Assembly: GCA_033581555.1 (NCBI GenBank)
Contig: JAVQSZ010000001.1
Location: 128,001 to 192,000, forward strand
Reading direction: 5' to 3'
Source of the DNA: Nitrososphaerota archaeon
Lineage (GTDB): Archaea; Thermoproteota; Nitrososphaeria_A; Caldarchaeales; Calditenuaceae
Length of the DNA: 64,000 bases
Within the stretch, counting starts at the first letter, position 1. The number at the start of each line of letters is the position of its first letter. A program made the position numbers and the translations under genes. This document shows positions 19,744 through 28,942 of this stretch, piece by piece. The notes beneath the pieces are model-generated. The model saw only the letters and a list, made by a program, of their open reading frames with translations. It did no database searches and was not told where the DNA came from.

Positions 19744-20715
19744 TTGAGGGTCGAGGCGCACCTCTCCGGAAACCTCCCCAGGGGTGATTCGGTCTTCAGG
19801 GTCCTCAGGAGGCACTCGAGGGGCAAGGCCGGATGGGAGGAGGTGAGGGCCGCGGCTGAGGCGGAGACCGCCGAGTGGGTCAGGCTACAGGCGGAGCTAG
19901 GCCTGAGGCCTGTCACGGACCCGATGCTGCTATGGCACGACCACTTCAGGCCGTTCGCGGAGAACGTCAAGGGGATGGCCGTCGACGGGCTGAGGAGGTG
20001 GTACGACAACAACCTCTTCTACAGGGCTCCGGTGGTTTTCGGGAGGCTCGGGTTAGGAGACCCGTTCCTCGAGAGGTACCTCTTCCCCGTGGCCCTCAGG
20101 GGCCTCGAGGTCAAGCTGGTCATCCCCGAACCCCTCACTTTCGCTAGGCTCTCCGTCAACAGCGGCTACACGGACCATGCGGAGCTCGCGATGGACCTAG
20201 CAGAGGTCACTTCGGCCGAGGCCTCTAGGCTGGTCTCGAGGCACGGGCTCAGCGTGAGTCTGGTCCAGCTCAGCGCGCCGGAGCTCGCGAGGGAGCTGAG
20301 GGCCGACGACCTCGAGCTGGTCAGGGAGGAGGTGGGACTCTTTAAGCGGAGGCTCGGGTGCAAGGTCCAGCTCCACACGTTCTTCTTCTCAGCGGCTAGG
20401 AGCCTCAGGTCGCTGCTCGACACCGGGGTTGACGTGATCGGGATAGACCTTCACGCGACGCCGGCCTCCGCGCTCAAGGGCGTGGACGTCGACAGGGAGC
20501 TTGCGGTCGGTGTGGTCGACTCGCGGAGCGTCGTCGTGGAGGAGCCCGGGTGGATGGCGTCGCTAGCTGAGAGGGCCGTCGAGGCGACCGGCGCGAGGGC
20601 AGTTCACGTCACCACGAACACGGACCTCGACTTCCTCCCCGCAGGCGTCGCGAGGGAGAAGGTGCGTGCGCTGTCGGCGTGTGCGAGGCTGTTGAGGGAG
20701 AGGTGGGGGACTTGA
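19744..20715 (+). CDS. Split cobalamin-independent methionine synthase, non-catalytic half
   Basis: GNLPR, TDPMLLWHD, RWYDNNLFYRAP, GVVDSRS; Zn ligands absent (LHTFF). Confidence 0.75.
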   Translation: MRVEAHLSGNLPRGDSVFRVLRRHSRGKAGWEEVRAAAEAETAEWVRLQAELGLRPVTDPMLLWHDHFRPFAENVKGMAVDGLRRWYDNNLFYRAPVVFGRLGLGDPFLERYLFPVALRGLEVKLVIPEPLTFARLSVNSGYTDHAELAMDLAEVTSAEASRLVSRHGLSVSLVQLSAPELARELRADDLELVREEVGLFKRRLGCKVQLHTFFFSAARSLRSLLDTGVDVIGIDLHATPASALKGVDVDRELAVGVVDSRSVVVEEPGWMASLAERAVEATGARAVHVTTNTDLDFLPAGVAREKVRALSACARLLRERWGT

Positions 20716-21836
20716 CCGGAGGCGAGGTCCTCTTCAGGACCCAGGAGGTCGGGAGCCTCTCGAGGGCGCCGTTCCTAAAGGGCAGCTTGGAGGAGAAGGC
20801 CTTCCAGGCCAGATACTGGGGGATCAGGCTTGGCGTCGAGGGACACGAGGAGCTGGTTGAGCTGATCAGGAGGGGCGCCGGAACGTCGGAACTGCTGCCG
20901 TGGGCCTCGCTCTACGGGATCAGGTTCCACGAGGCCGCGGGGCTCGACGTCGTCTGGGACGGGGAGCAGAGGAGGGTCGAGATGTACGAGCACCCCCTCA
21001 TGCACGTCGAGAACTTCGAGTTCGTGGGGAGGGTTAAGGTCTGGGACGCGGAGACCTACAACAAGGCGAAGCTAGTGGGGCCTCCGAGGCTGAAGTCCAG
21101 CGCCTACCTCGAGGAGTTCCTCTTCGCGAAGTCTAAGGCCACGAAGGAGCTGAAGGTCCCGGTCACGGGGCCGTACACCCTGATGGACTGGAGCTTCGAC
21201 GACTACTTCGCGAGGCGCTACGCCCACCTCGAGGACCCGCTGGAAAGGAGAAGGAGGTCGAGACTCGACTTCCTCTACAGCCTGATAGAGGAGGTGATGA
21301 GACCCGAGCTGAGGGCGCTCGCGGAGGCCGGCGCGAGGAGGATCCAGGTCGACGAGCCAGCGCTGACCTCGAAGCCCGAGGAGGTGAGGGACTACGTCGA
21401 GGCCTTCAACGAGATGGTGAAGGGGTTGGACGTCACTCTCACGCTCCACGTCTGCTACAGCGATTACTCACTGCTCCTTCCCCACGTGGCCGAGATGAGG
21501 ATTCACGAGCTCTCGATAGAGTGCGCCAACAGGGACACGACCGACCTCGGCCTAGACGCGAGGGCTAGGAGGGGCTACTCGATACTGAGGGAGTTCGGGG
21601 AACACGACGTCCCGTTCAAGATAGCGCCTGGCGTGATCGACGTCCACACGGACTTCGTCGAGCCGGCGGAGCTCGTGAGGGACAGGCTGCTCTACGCGGC
21701 CAAGCTCCTGGGAGACCCCGCGAAGGTGATTGCCTGTAACGACTGCGGCCTCAGGACGAGAGGGTGGGAGGTAGCGTTCGAGAAGGAGCGGAGCCTCGTC
21801 GAGGGCGCTGGGCTGGCGAGGAGGGCCTCCTCCTGA
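20712..21836 (+). CDS. metE: Split methionine synthase, Zn-binding catalytic half (MetE C-terminal-like)
   Basis: DGEQRR, VTGPYT, IQVDEPA, LHVCY, GVIDVH, NDCGLRTR. Confidence 0.85.
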   Translation: MTGGEVLFRTQEVGSLSRAPFLKGSLEEKAFQARYWGIRLGVEGHEELVELIRRGAGTSELLPWASLYGIRFHEAAGLDVVWDGEQRRVEMYEHPLMHVENFEFVGRVKVWDAETYNKAKLVGPPRLKSSAYLEEFLFAKSKATKELKVPVTGPYTLMDWSFDDYFARRYAHLEDPLERRRRSRLDFLYSLIEEVMRPELRALAEAGARRIQVDEPALTSKPEEVRDYVEAFNEMVKGLDVTLTLHVCYSDYSLLLPHVAEMRIHELSIECANRDTTDLGLDARARRGYSILREFGEHDVPFKIAPGVIDVHTDFVEPAELVRDRLLYAAKLLGDPAKVIACNDCGLRTRGWEVAFEKERSLVEGAGLARRASS

Positions 21837-21840
21837 AGGG

Positions 21841-22299
21841 TCACTTGGCCTTTCTGGCGACCCCGACCGGCCCTCCCTTCCTCCCGGTCGTCCTCGTCCT
21901 CTGTCCCCTCACCTTCAGGCCCAGCGCGTGCCTCACTCCCCTCCACGACCTGATCCTCTTCTCCCGTTCTATGTCCTCCCTGACGGCCAGCCTCAGGTCC
22001 GGGCCGATGAGGTGGAGGTTCTTCCCGGTCACCGGGTCGCTCCTCCTGTTGAGCATCCACACCGGGATGCCGTACTTCAATGGGTTCCTGATCGCGTCCT
22101 CGATCTGGGAGAGCTGCTGCTCGGAGAGCTGGCCCAACCTCAAGGTCGGGTCTATCCCGAGGGCCCTCGAGATCGCGTATCCGAGGTTGATCCCGACGCC
22201 CTCGATCGCGGCAAGTGCGAACGGGACGTGCTTGGTCCCGTCCAGGTCGGTCCCCAGCAGCCTGACTATCAGCTTCGCCTCCCTCTGTTGGGCCGCCAT
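21841..22299 (-). CDS. rps13: 30S ribosomal protein S13
   Basis: IVRLLGTDLDG, IEGVG, PVWMLNRR, RHALGLKVRGQRTRTTGR. Confidence 0.97.
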   Translation of the reverse strand: MAAQQREAKLIVRLLGTDLDGTKHVPFALAAIEGVGINLGYAISRALGIDPTLRLGQLSEQQLSQIEDAIRNPLKYGIPVWMLNRRSDPVTGKNLHLIGPDLRLAVREDIEREKRIRSWRGVRHALGLKVRGQRTRTTGRKGGPVGVARKAK

Positions 22300-22410
22300 C
22301 CCCACCAGCTGCCGAGCAGGTCGTAAAAAACGTTCACGCCGCCGGCGTTCGTCCGGGAAGCCGTTCAAACTTAAAAAAATGGACGGAGCCAATCCGGACA
22401 GGGTTAAGGC

Positions 22411-23577
22411 GTGACTTCGCAGCAGTCCTCGGTCAAGTACGTGATAGAGGCGAAGGTGGAGGTTGACGGCATCGTCGACAAGAACGACGTGATAGGCGCG
22501 GTCTTCGGGCAGACGGAGGGGATCTTCAGCGCCGACCTCGACCTGAGGGAGCTCCAGAAGACCGGGAGGATCGGGAGGATAGAGGTCCACATCCACGCCC
22601 AGGGCGACAGGACCGTCGGGAAGGTCCTGGTCCCCACGAGCGTCGACAGGTTCCACACCGCCCTGATCGCGGCTATGGTCGAGAGCGTCGACAGGGTAGG
22701 TCCGTACTCCGCGAGGGTCACGATCGAGAAGATCGAGGACGTCAGGGCCGAGAAGAGGAAGCGGATCATCGAGAGGGCGAGGTCCCTGCTGATCGAGTGG
22801 GAGAGGAGGAGGGTGCCGGAGGTCGACGAGGCCCTGAAGGAGCTCGAGGAGACGATCGCGAAGTCCAGGGTCGTCGAGATAGGGCCCGACAACCTCCCCG
22901 CGGGGCCCGAGGCCCTGACCAGCGACGAGGTGATCGTCGTCGAGGGCAGGGCCGACGTCATCAACCTCCTCAGGCACGGCTATTTCAACGCGATCGGAGT
23001 CGAGGGCGTCAAGGTCCCCTACTCCCTTGAGGAACTGGTGAGCAGGAAGAGGGTGATCGCGTTCCTCGATGGCGACAGGGGAGGCGACATGATCCTGAGG
23101 GAGCTGGCGAGGCGGATCAAGATCGACCTGGTCGCGAGGGCTCCTCCGGGCAGGGAGGTGGAGTCCCTGGGGGCCAAGGAGATCGCCGAGGCCCTCGCCA
23201 ACGCCGTCCCGCTCCAAGAGGCCCTGAAGAGGATAGGGGTCCACATCGAGCACGAGAAGGCTGAGCATGCCGCAGCGCCGTTCGAGAAGCTGAAGAGGTA
23301 CGTCGAGGAGGTCGAGGGCAGCCTGATGGCGATAGGCCTCAAGGACGACCTCTCGGAGGCCTTCAGGGTCCCGGTAAGCGAGCTCTACCAAAGGCTCTCC
23401 TCCGATGGCGACGTGAAGTACGTCGTCTTCGACGGCGTCGTGACCCAGAGGCTCGTGGACCTAATGAAGGAGAGGGGGAGAGAGGTGCTGCTGGTCGGGG
23501 CGAGGGTCGCGGAGAACGTCCAGAGGGCGGGGAACGTGAGGGTCTACAACTTCGAGTCGGTCAAGAGAGCCGCGTGA
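22411..23577 (+). CDS. dnaG: Archaeal DnaG-type primase / exosome-associated protein
   Basis: DVIGAVFGQTEG, LQKTGRIGRIEV, TOPRIM VVEGRADV and FLDGDRGG. Confidence 0.95.
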   Translation: MTSQQSSVKYVIEAKVEVDGIVDKNDVIGAVFGQTEGIFSADLDLRELQKTGRIGRIEVHIHAQGDRTVGKVLVPTSVDRFHTALIAAMVESVDRVGPYSARVTIEKIEDVRAEKRKRIIERARSLLIEWERRRVPEVDEALKELEETIAKSRVVEIGPDNLPAGPEALTSDEVIVVEGRADVINLLRHGYFNAIGVEGVKVPYSLEELVSRKRVIAFLDGDRGGDMILRELARRIKIDLVARAPPGREVESLGAKEIAEALANAVPLQEALKRIGVHIEHEKAEHAAAPFEKLKRYVEEVEGSLMAIGLKDDLSEAFRVPVSELYQRLSSDGDVKYVVFDGVVTQRLVDLMKERGREVLLVGARVAENVQRAGNVRVYNFESVKRAA

Positions 23578-23642
23578 CGGCGGACACGCTTGCCTGAACC
23601 GTTGGGTTACACGTTAATAGCTGAGCGACCGACTGAGCCCGG

Positions 23643-23942
23643 ATGAGGGTAGAGCTCTTCAGCCACCTGAAGAGGGCCGCTGGCTCCGGGACGGTCGAGG
23701 TCAGGGTGGAGGGGGAGATGCCGTTGAAGGAGGCGCTCAAGCTCCTGCCCGAGGGCGTGAGGGAGCTCGTCATCGACGAGTACGGGTCCATCAGGTCTGG
23801 GCTACTGGTGCTCGTGAACGGGGTCGACGCAAGGACCGTCTACAACTACAGGGTCACCGTCAGGGACAACGACGTGGTCTCGATAGTCCCGATGATCCAC
23901 GGAGGCTCGACGGCGAGCGCCGAAATCCGTCCAGGGGGATGA
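23643..23942 (+). CDS. Ubiquitin-like MoaD/SAMP/Urm1-type beta-grasp protein with C-terminal extension
   Basis: LVLVNGVD...DNDVVSIVPMIHGG followed by STASAEIRPGG. Confidence 0.85.
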   Translation: MRVELFSHLKRAAGSGTVEVRVEGEMPLKEALKLLPEGVRELVIDEYGSIRSGLLVLVNGVDARTVYNYRVTVRDNDVVSIVPMIHGGSTASAEIRPGG

Positions 23943-23949
23943 ACGCCCG

Positions 23950-24282
23950 ATGAGCGGCCCCGTCGCGGGTATTCCGGGCTACCCGTACTCGCTTATTGCG
24001 CTCCTCGCAGCCTCCTTCGTTGTGCTCCTCTTCGCGGGCCCGAGGACGCCGAAGCTGGAGCCCCGCGTCACCCCCATCCACAAGGTCTCCCGAGCGCTGA
24101 GGTACGCGCTGGGCGAGGAGGAATCGATCGACCTGAAAAGCGCTAAGTGGCTCTTCTACCGGCTGGGGCCGAGGGGCCCCGGGAGATTTTCTGGGCTCAG
24201 CATGAGGGCCCTCTTCGCCCTGACGTCAATGGCTCCCCGTGCCAGGAGGTGGTTGGTCAGGTGGGCGGCCAGGAGAGGGTAG
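23950..24282 (+). CDS. Hypothetical single-TM protein
   Basis: One hydrophobic segment; the ORF overlaps the start of the MoxR gene. Confidence 0.5.
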   Translation: MSGPVAGIPGYPYSLIALLAASFVVLLFAGPRTPKLEPRVTPIHKVSRALRYALGEEESIDLKSAKWLFYRLGPRGPGRFSGLSMRALFALTSMAPRARRWLVRWAARRG

Positions 24283-25235
24283 AGCTGCTGAGCCTCCAGG
24301 AGCTGAAGGAGGTCGTCCATAGGGTCGTCAGCGAGATCCACAGGGTCATAGTCGGGATGGACGACGCGATAGAGGCCCTGATCATCGCGCTCCTTACCGA
24401 GGGCCACGTGCTGATGGAGGGGGTGCCGGGACTCGCGAAGACCTACCTCGCCAAGTACTTCGCCAGGACGCTCAGCCTCTCCTTCAGCAGGATCCAGATC
24501 ACGAGCGACCTCCTCCCGTCCGACATCACGGGTTCCCTGGTCTACGACAGGGCCACCGGACAGTTCGTCTTCAGGAAGGGACCGATATTCGCGAACCTGG
24601 TCCTAGCAGACGAGATCAACAGGGGCCCTCCGAGGACGCAGTCGGCGCTACTTGAGGTGATGCAGGAGCGTCAGGTGACCGTCGAGGGCGTGAGCTACGA
24701 GGTCCCGAGGCCCTTCATGGTGATAGCGACCCAGAATCCTATCGAGCTCGAAGGGACATTCCCGCTCCCCGAGGCCCAGCTCGACAGGTTCCTGATGAGG
24801 GTCGTCGTCACCCATCCGGAACGCGACCAGGAGATCGAAGTCCTCAAGATGAAGCAGGCCTCCGGAGAGGAGCCCGACGTCAGCCCGGTCGTCAAGGCGG
24901 ACACGGTGCTGAAGGGTATAGCCGCGATCTCGTCGGTGTACGTCGACGAGTCCATCATGGCGTACATTGTAGACGTCGTCAGGAGGACGAGGCAGATGCC
25001 GGAGGTCTACCTCGGTGCCAGCACCAGGGCCGAGGTCGCCCTGATGTACGCCGCGAAGGCCAAGGCCGCGATCTCCGGGTACCCTTACGTCACGCCGGAC
25101 CACGTGAAGGCAGTCGCTCCCTTGGTCCTGAACCACAGGATAATCCTGAGGTCCAGGAGGAAGGGGCCCTTCTCCTCCTGGTCCGAGTTCGAGGTGATCC
25201 GCAGGGCCCTGGAGGAGGTGGACGTCCCGGTTTGA
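24261..25235 (+). CDS. MoxR-family AAA+ ATPase
   Basis: EGVPGLAKT, DLLPSDITG, LADEINR, ATQNPIELEGTFPLPEAQLDRF. Confidence 0.95.
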   Translation: MGGQERVELLSLQELKEVVHRVVSEIHRVIVGMDDAIEALIIALLTEGHVLMEGVPGLAKTYLAKYFARTLSLSFSRIQITSDLLPSDITGSLVYDRATGQFVFRKGPIFANLVLADEINRGPPRTQSALLEVMQERQVTVEGVSYEVPRPFMVIATQNPIELEGTFPLPEAQLDRFLMRVVVTHPERDQEIEVLKMKQASGEEPDVSPVVKADTVLKGIAAISSVYVDESIMAYIVDVVRRTRQMPEVYLGASTRAEVALMYAAKAKAAISGYPYVTPDHVKAVAPLVLNHRIILRSRRKGPFSSWSEFEVIRRALEEVDVPV

Positions 25236-26491
25236 TGACGGTCCAAGCGAGACTGCTGCTGATCGAGGCCGCGGTCTCGTCCTTCCTCTTCGGGGCCGTC
25301 TTCCCGAACCCCGTCATGTTCCTCTCCATGGCCTTCCTGACGTTCTTCTTCGCATTCTACGTGCTTTTGACCTCTCGGAGGCTATCGTCGCTGAACCACT
25401 CCTCGATCGAAGTGAGGAGGGAGCTATCCGCGGAGGAGTTGCCCGAGGGCTCGACTGTGGAGGTCAAGGTGGAGGTGGAGCTGGGGTGGGAGGGAGGCGT
25501 GGAGGTCCGGGAGCTCTTCCCGAGCGGCCTCAGGCTGAGGGAGGGAGCGAGCTCGGCCAGGTCCACGCTCAACGGCAGGGGCAGGCTCGGCTTCTCCTAC
25601 AGGGCCTCCCTCTGGAGGGGAGTGAGATCCGCGGAGTTCAAGGGGGTGGCCTGCACGCTCACCGACCCGTGGAGGCTCGTCAGCAGGACGGTCGTCGTGC
25701 CGTCTCCGGGCGTGGTCAGGTCATCGAAGGAGAGGACCAGGTCTAGTGAGTTCGAGACCGGCGGGAGGCTCCTGGGCCCGGTCTTCGGGACCGTGGTGAA
25801 TCCGTTCGTCGGTGAGGACGCCCACTTCGTCGGGGTAAGGCCCTTCATTCCTGGCGACAAGCTCCGCAGCGTCCACTGGAGGAGCACGGCCAAGCTCACC
25901 GACAACGAGATTCTCGTGAAGAAGTTCGAGAGGCTCGCGAGGGGAAGGGTCGTCGCGGTGATCGACTGCTCGCCGGAGATGAGGTTCGGGACATCGCCCG
26001 ACTACTTCGACGACGCGCTGGACTTCCTTGAGCCCGTCTGCGTCCAGTTCATCGAGCAGGGTAACTCGGTGAGGCTCTTCGCGGTGACCGGGGAGGGGCT
26101 CCTGACACAGTCGCCCAGGTCGCCCGCGGAGGTCGAGGGCTTCCTGAGGTCGCTCGAGGTCTCGGATGTCGGGAGGCTGAAGTACGCCCCCGAGGTGGCC
26201 GAGTCGCTCACGCCGGGCTCCTTTCTCATCGTCGTGACCTCCCTCGGATCGGCGCAGATCCCTGAGCTCTCGGAGCTCGCACGCGCGGCGGTCTCGATGG
26301 GATGCAGGGTCCTCGTGGTGTACCCGAGGGTCGCTTCGTACCTGGGCCGCGCGATGGACCTCGCGAGGGGCCTGCTCGAGGCCATCCAATCGAGGGACTT
26401 GGCAGCCTTCCCGGAGGAGTGCGCGATCGAGGAGCTGGAGGGCGTTCCGAGCATCAGGGCCGCAGGGAGGTCGGTCGCGCGTGAGGGCTAG
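25232..26491 (+). CDS. DUF58 (vWA-like) protein with N-terminal TMs
   Basis: GVRPFIPGDKLRSVHWRSTAK, VIDCSPEM. Confidence 0.9.
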   Translation: MMTVQARLLLIEAAVSSFLFGAVFPNPVMFLSMAFLTFFFAFYVLLTSRRLSSLNHSSIEVRRELSAEELPEGSTVEVKVEVELGWEGGVEVRELFPSGLRLREGASSARSTLNGRGRLGFSYRASLWRGVRSAEFKGVACTLTDPWRLVSRTVVVPSPGVVRSSKERTRSSEFETGGRLLGPVFGTVVNPFVGEDAHFVGVRPFIPGDKLRSVHWRSTAKLTDNEILVKKFERLARGRVVAVIDCSPEMRFGTSPDYFDDALDFLEPVCVQFIEQGNSVRLFAVTGEGLLTQSPRSPAEVEGFLRSLEVSDVGRLKYAPEVAESLTPGSFLIVVTSLGSAQIPELSELARAAVSMGCRVLVVYPRVASYLGRAMDLARGLLEAIQSRDLAAFPEECAIEELEGVPSIRAAGRSVAREG

Positions 26492-27197
26492 CGAGCTGGT
26501 CCTCGGCCTGATGGCCTTGTCGCCGGCGCTATACATGCTGGCGGCCACAGTCGTCGAGACGAGGTGGACCCTGTTCTCGGCGCTCGGGTTCATCTCCCTC
26601 TCCACGACCATGCTCCCAGCGAGGATGCAGTCCCTCACCCTCGCGCTGATCTACGCCCCCGCGCTCTACGCGGTCTACGACCTGGTCGCCTCCAACAACC
26701 TGTACCTCCTCGACCTCGCGGGGGGATACGTGGTCTCCCTTCCGGTCCTGATCGTGGCCTCGGCGCTGCAGGCGAGTTCGGTCGCGGGCCTCGTGGGGGC
26801 GTACGTCTCGTCGGTCCTGGTCTCGATGGTCGGCCTCTTCGGCGCCGAGATCTCGAAGGGAAACCCGCGGGCCTTGCTCCACGCGCTCATCTCCTCCTTC
26901 CTGAGGGGGCAGGAGAGGGAGCTGGGCGCGGTCGATCCCTCGCTGCTCGCGCCGGTGGTGCCGCTAATGGCCGTCTCCCTGATATCGCTCCTGCTCTTCG
27001 CCCACCATAGGCTGGGGCTGAGGTCCGAGTCCCTCTACGGGACGCTGATCAAGTCCGGGGCGGCCTCGGTGGCCCTGCTCGCGCTGATCGTCTACTACTC
27101 GGCTGTCTTTCCAGACGGCGTCGCGGCCGGGACGCTCGCGGTCGCGCTCGTCGTCCTGTTGGGTGGTGCGTATGCGGCGGTCGCTGCTAGGCGCTGA
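26481..27197 (+). CDS. Polytopic membrane protein of unknown function
   Basis: About 7 hydrophobic segments; overlaps both neighbouring genes. Confidence 0.65.
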   Translation: MRASELVLGLMALSPALYMLAATVVETRWTLFSALGFISLSTTMLPARMQSLTLALIYAPALYAVYDLVASNNLYLLDLAGGYVVSLPVLIVASALQASSVAGLVGAYVSSVLVSMVGLFGAEISKGNPRALLHALISSFLRGQERELGAVDPSLLAPVVPLMAVSLISLLLFAHHRLGLRSESLYGTLIKSGAASVALLALIVYYSAVFPDGVAAGTLAVALVVLLGGAYAAVAARR

Positions 27198-28713
27198 GCT
27201 GCTGATCGTCGCGGTCCTGCTCTCGGCGCCCTTGCCGGCCGCCTCCCAGGCCACCGAGCCCTGTGCGCTGCTGGTCGGATACGGAGGTCAGGGGTTCCTG
27301 CCCTTCGTCGACGGGGGCGCCCTGAACTTCGCGGTCGGCGAGCGGCTCCACGTCCTCACCCCGGCAGGGGGCGCGACGGTCCAGCTGATCGACCCGCGAG
27401 GCAGGGTCGAACGTCACGAACTCGCAGGAGGGATTCAGACGAGGCTGAAGGAGTTCGGGCGCGGCGACGGAGGCGTCTGGAGGCTGGTATCCGGCGACAG
27501 ATGTGAGATGACCTTGACGGTCTCGGAGAGGGGTTCGGTGATCTACGGCGAGGTCGTGGTGGAGAAGGACTTCAGGGGCGCGATCGTCCTGAGCATCAGG
27601 GGTCCGCCCTACATCGGCTTCAGCGTGGAGGAGCCGAGGGACGACAGGAACGTCCTCTGGACGAGGCCGGGCGGAGAGCTGCTCCTCGAGCTCGGGAGGC
27701 CCATCAGGTCGGTCGTCGTCTACCTGCTCTACCCCGACCGCGTGACGATCTCCGGTAAGGTTGGCGAGACGCCGTTCACCTACACGATCGATCCGCTGGT
27801 CGGCGTCTACAGGTACGAAAGGCCCGTGAGGGGGACGCAGGTCCCGGTGAGGCTGCCGGAGCTCGGGAGCGTCGGCCCGGGCGGTACCTTCCCCCTCAGG
27901 TACGGCACTTACACGCTGAGGGTGATGGGGACGGCCCCCGACGGCCAGCAGTTCTCGATGACGTTCGCGGTCGAGGTCGCTCCCTTCGCGTTCAGGGCCC
28001 CGAGGCTCTCGACGTACTTGGTGACTGACGTCGACAAGTTGAGGGAGGGGATAAGGCTGGTCTTCCTGAACTACGAGACCGGGACCGTCGAGTCGATCGC
28101 CCTCAAGGTGCCGATGTACGAGGTTGTGGTCCTCGACGAGAGGACCGGCCAGCCCATCGAGGACTACTCGCTCTCGGTGGAGGGGATGATCGGCGTTAGG
28201 GACGGGGCCGCCACCGTGCTCCTCCCGAGGAGCTTCGACCTGCGAGAGGTCCAGGTCGGCGAAGACGTGCTGAAGGTGAAGCCGTCTCTGATCATCGAGG
28301 GCGTGAACTTGACCGGCGTGGTCCGCGAGGTCATTCTGAGGAGGGGCGAGCCGACCGTCCTGAGCGTCCCGATGTCCGAGGTCCAGCTCAGGGTCAGGCT
28401 CGCGGGTCACCAGGATGCCATAAGGGCCAAGGTCTCGCTGAACGGCTCGACCCCCCTTGAGCTCGAGGGCGCCGCCCGCATCAGGTTGCCGGCCTACCTT
28501 TACAACGCGACCGCAGAGACGCCCTGGGGAAGGGTCGGGGGGCTCTTCGACGCCTCCAGGGAGAGGGAGGTGGAGCTCGTCGTCTACGCGCCGACCGACC
28601 TGACGCTCGCTCTGGCCTTTGCGGCCGCCGCCCAGCTCGCGGTTCTCGCGGCGATCTCCTTAAGAGCCTACAGGGCCGGGTCCCGTCACAGGGTTAAGAG
28701 CGAGTCAGGATGA
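27163..28713 (+). CDS. Exported beta-rich protein with C-terminal membrane anchor
   Basis: Signal peptide (RRSLLGAELLIVAVLLSAPLPAAS), C-terminal TM and basic tail. Confidence 0.7.
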   Translation: MVRMRRSLLGAELLIVAVLLSAPLPAASQATEPCALLVGYGGQGFLPFVDGGALNFAVGERLHVLTPAGGATVQLIDPRGRVERHELAGGIQTRLKEFGRGDGGVWRLVSGDRCEMTLTVSERGSVIYGEVVVEKDFRGAIVLSIRGPPYIGFSVEEPRDDRNVLWTRPGGELLLELGRPIRSVVVYLLYPDRVTISGKVGETPFTYTIDPLVGVYRYERPVRGTQVPVRLPELGSVGPGGTFPLRYGTYTLRVMGTAPDGQQFSMTFAVEVAPFAFRAPRLSTYLVTDVDKLREGIRLVFLNYETGTVESIALKVPMYEVVVLDERTGQPIEDYSLSVEGMIGVRDGAATVLLPRSFDLREVQVGEDVLKVKPSLIIEGVNLTGVVREVILRRGEPTVLSVPMSEVQLRVRLAGHQDAIRAKVSLNGSTPLELEGAARIRLPAYLYNATAETPWGRVGGLFDASREREVELVVYAPTDLTLALAFAAAAQLAVLAAISLRAYRAGSRHRVKSESG

Positions 28714-28724
28714 CTCTCCGCAGA

Positions 28725-28838
28725 GCCGGGGTCCCATAGCGGCCATTGGGGCGGCCTCGAGATCGTGAAGGGTCTGGCCGGAACGCGAAAGCCGCTGCCC
28801 CCTCGGGGGGCGCGCGGGTTCGAGTCCCGCCCCCGGCG
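28725..28838 (+). tRNA. tRNA-Ser(CGA) with 28-nt anticodon-loop intron (28762-28789 if at 37/38)
   Basis: Acceptor GCCGGGG/CCCCGGC, anticodon stem GCGGC/GCCGC around CT-CGA, long variable arm, GGTTCGAGTCC T-arm, upstream TTAAG promoter. Confidence 0.9.
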
Positions 28839-28942
28839 TTCTTAATAGACGAGTACAAAGTATCGCGCCCGCAATTGAAGCACGATGGTCTACAGAAATG
28901 ATATTGACGATGTGAGGATGGTTACATGTTGAGTGGAGTGAA

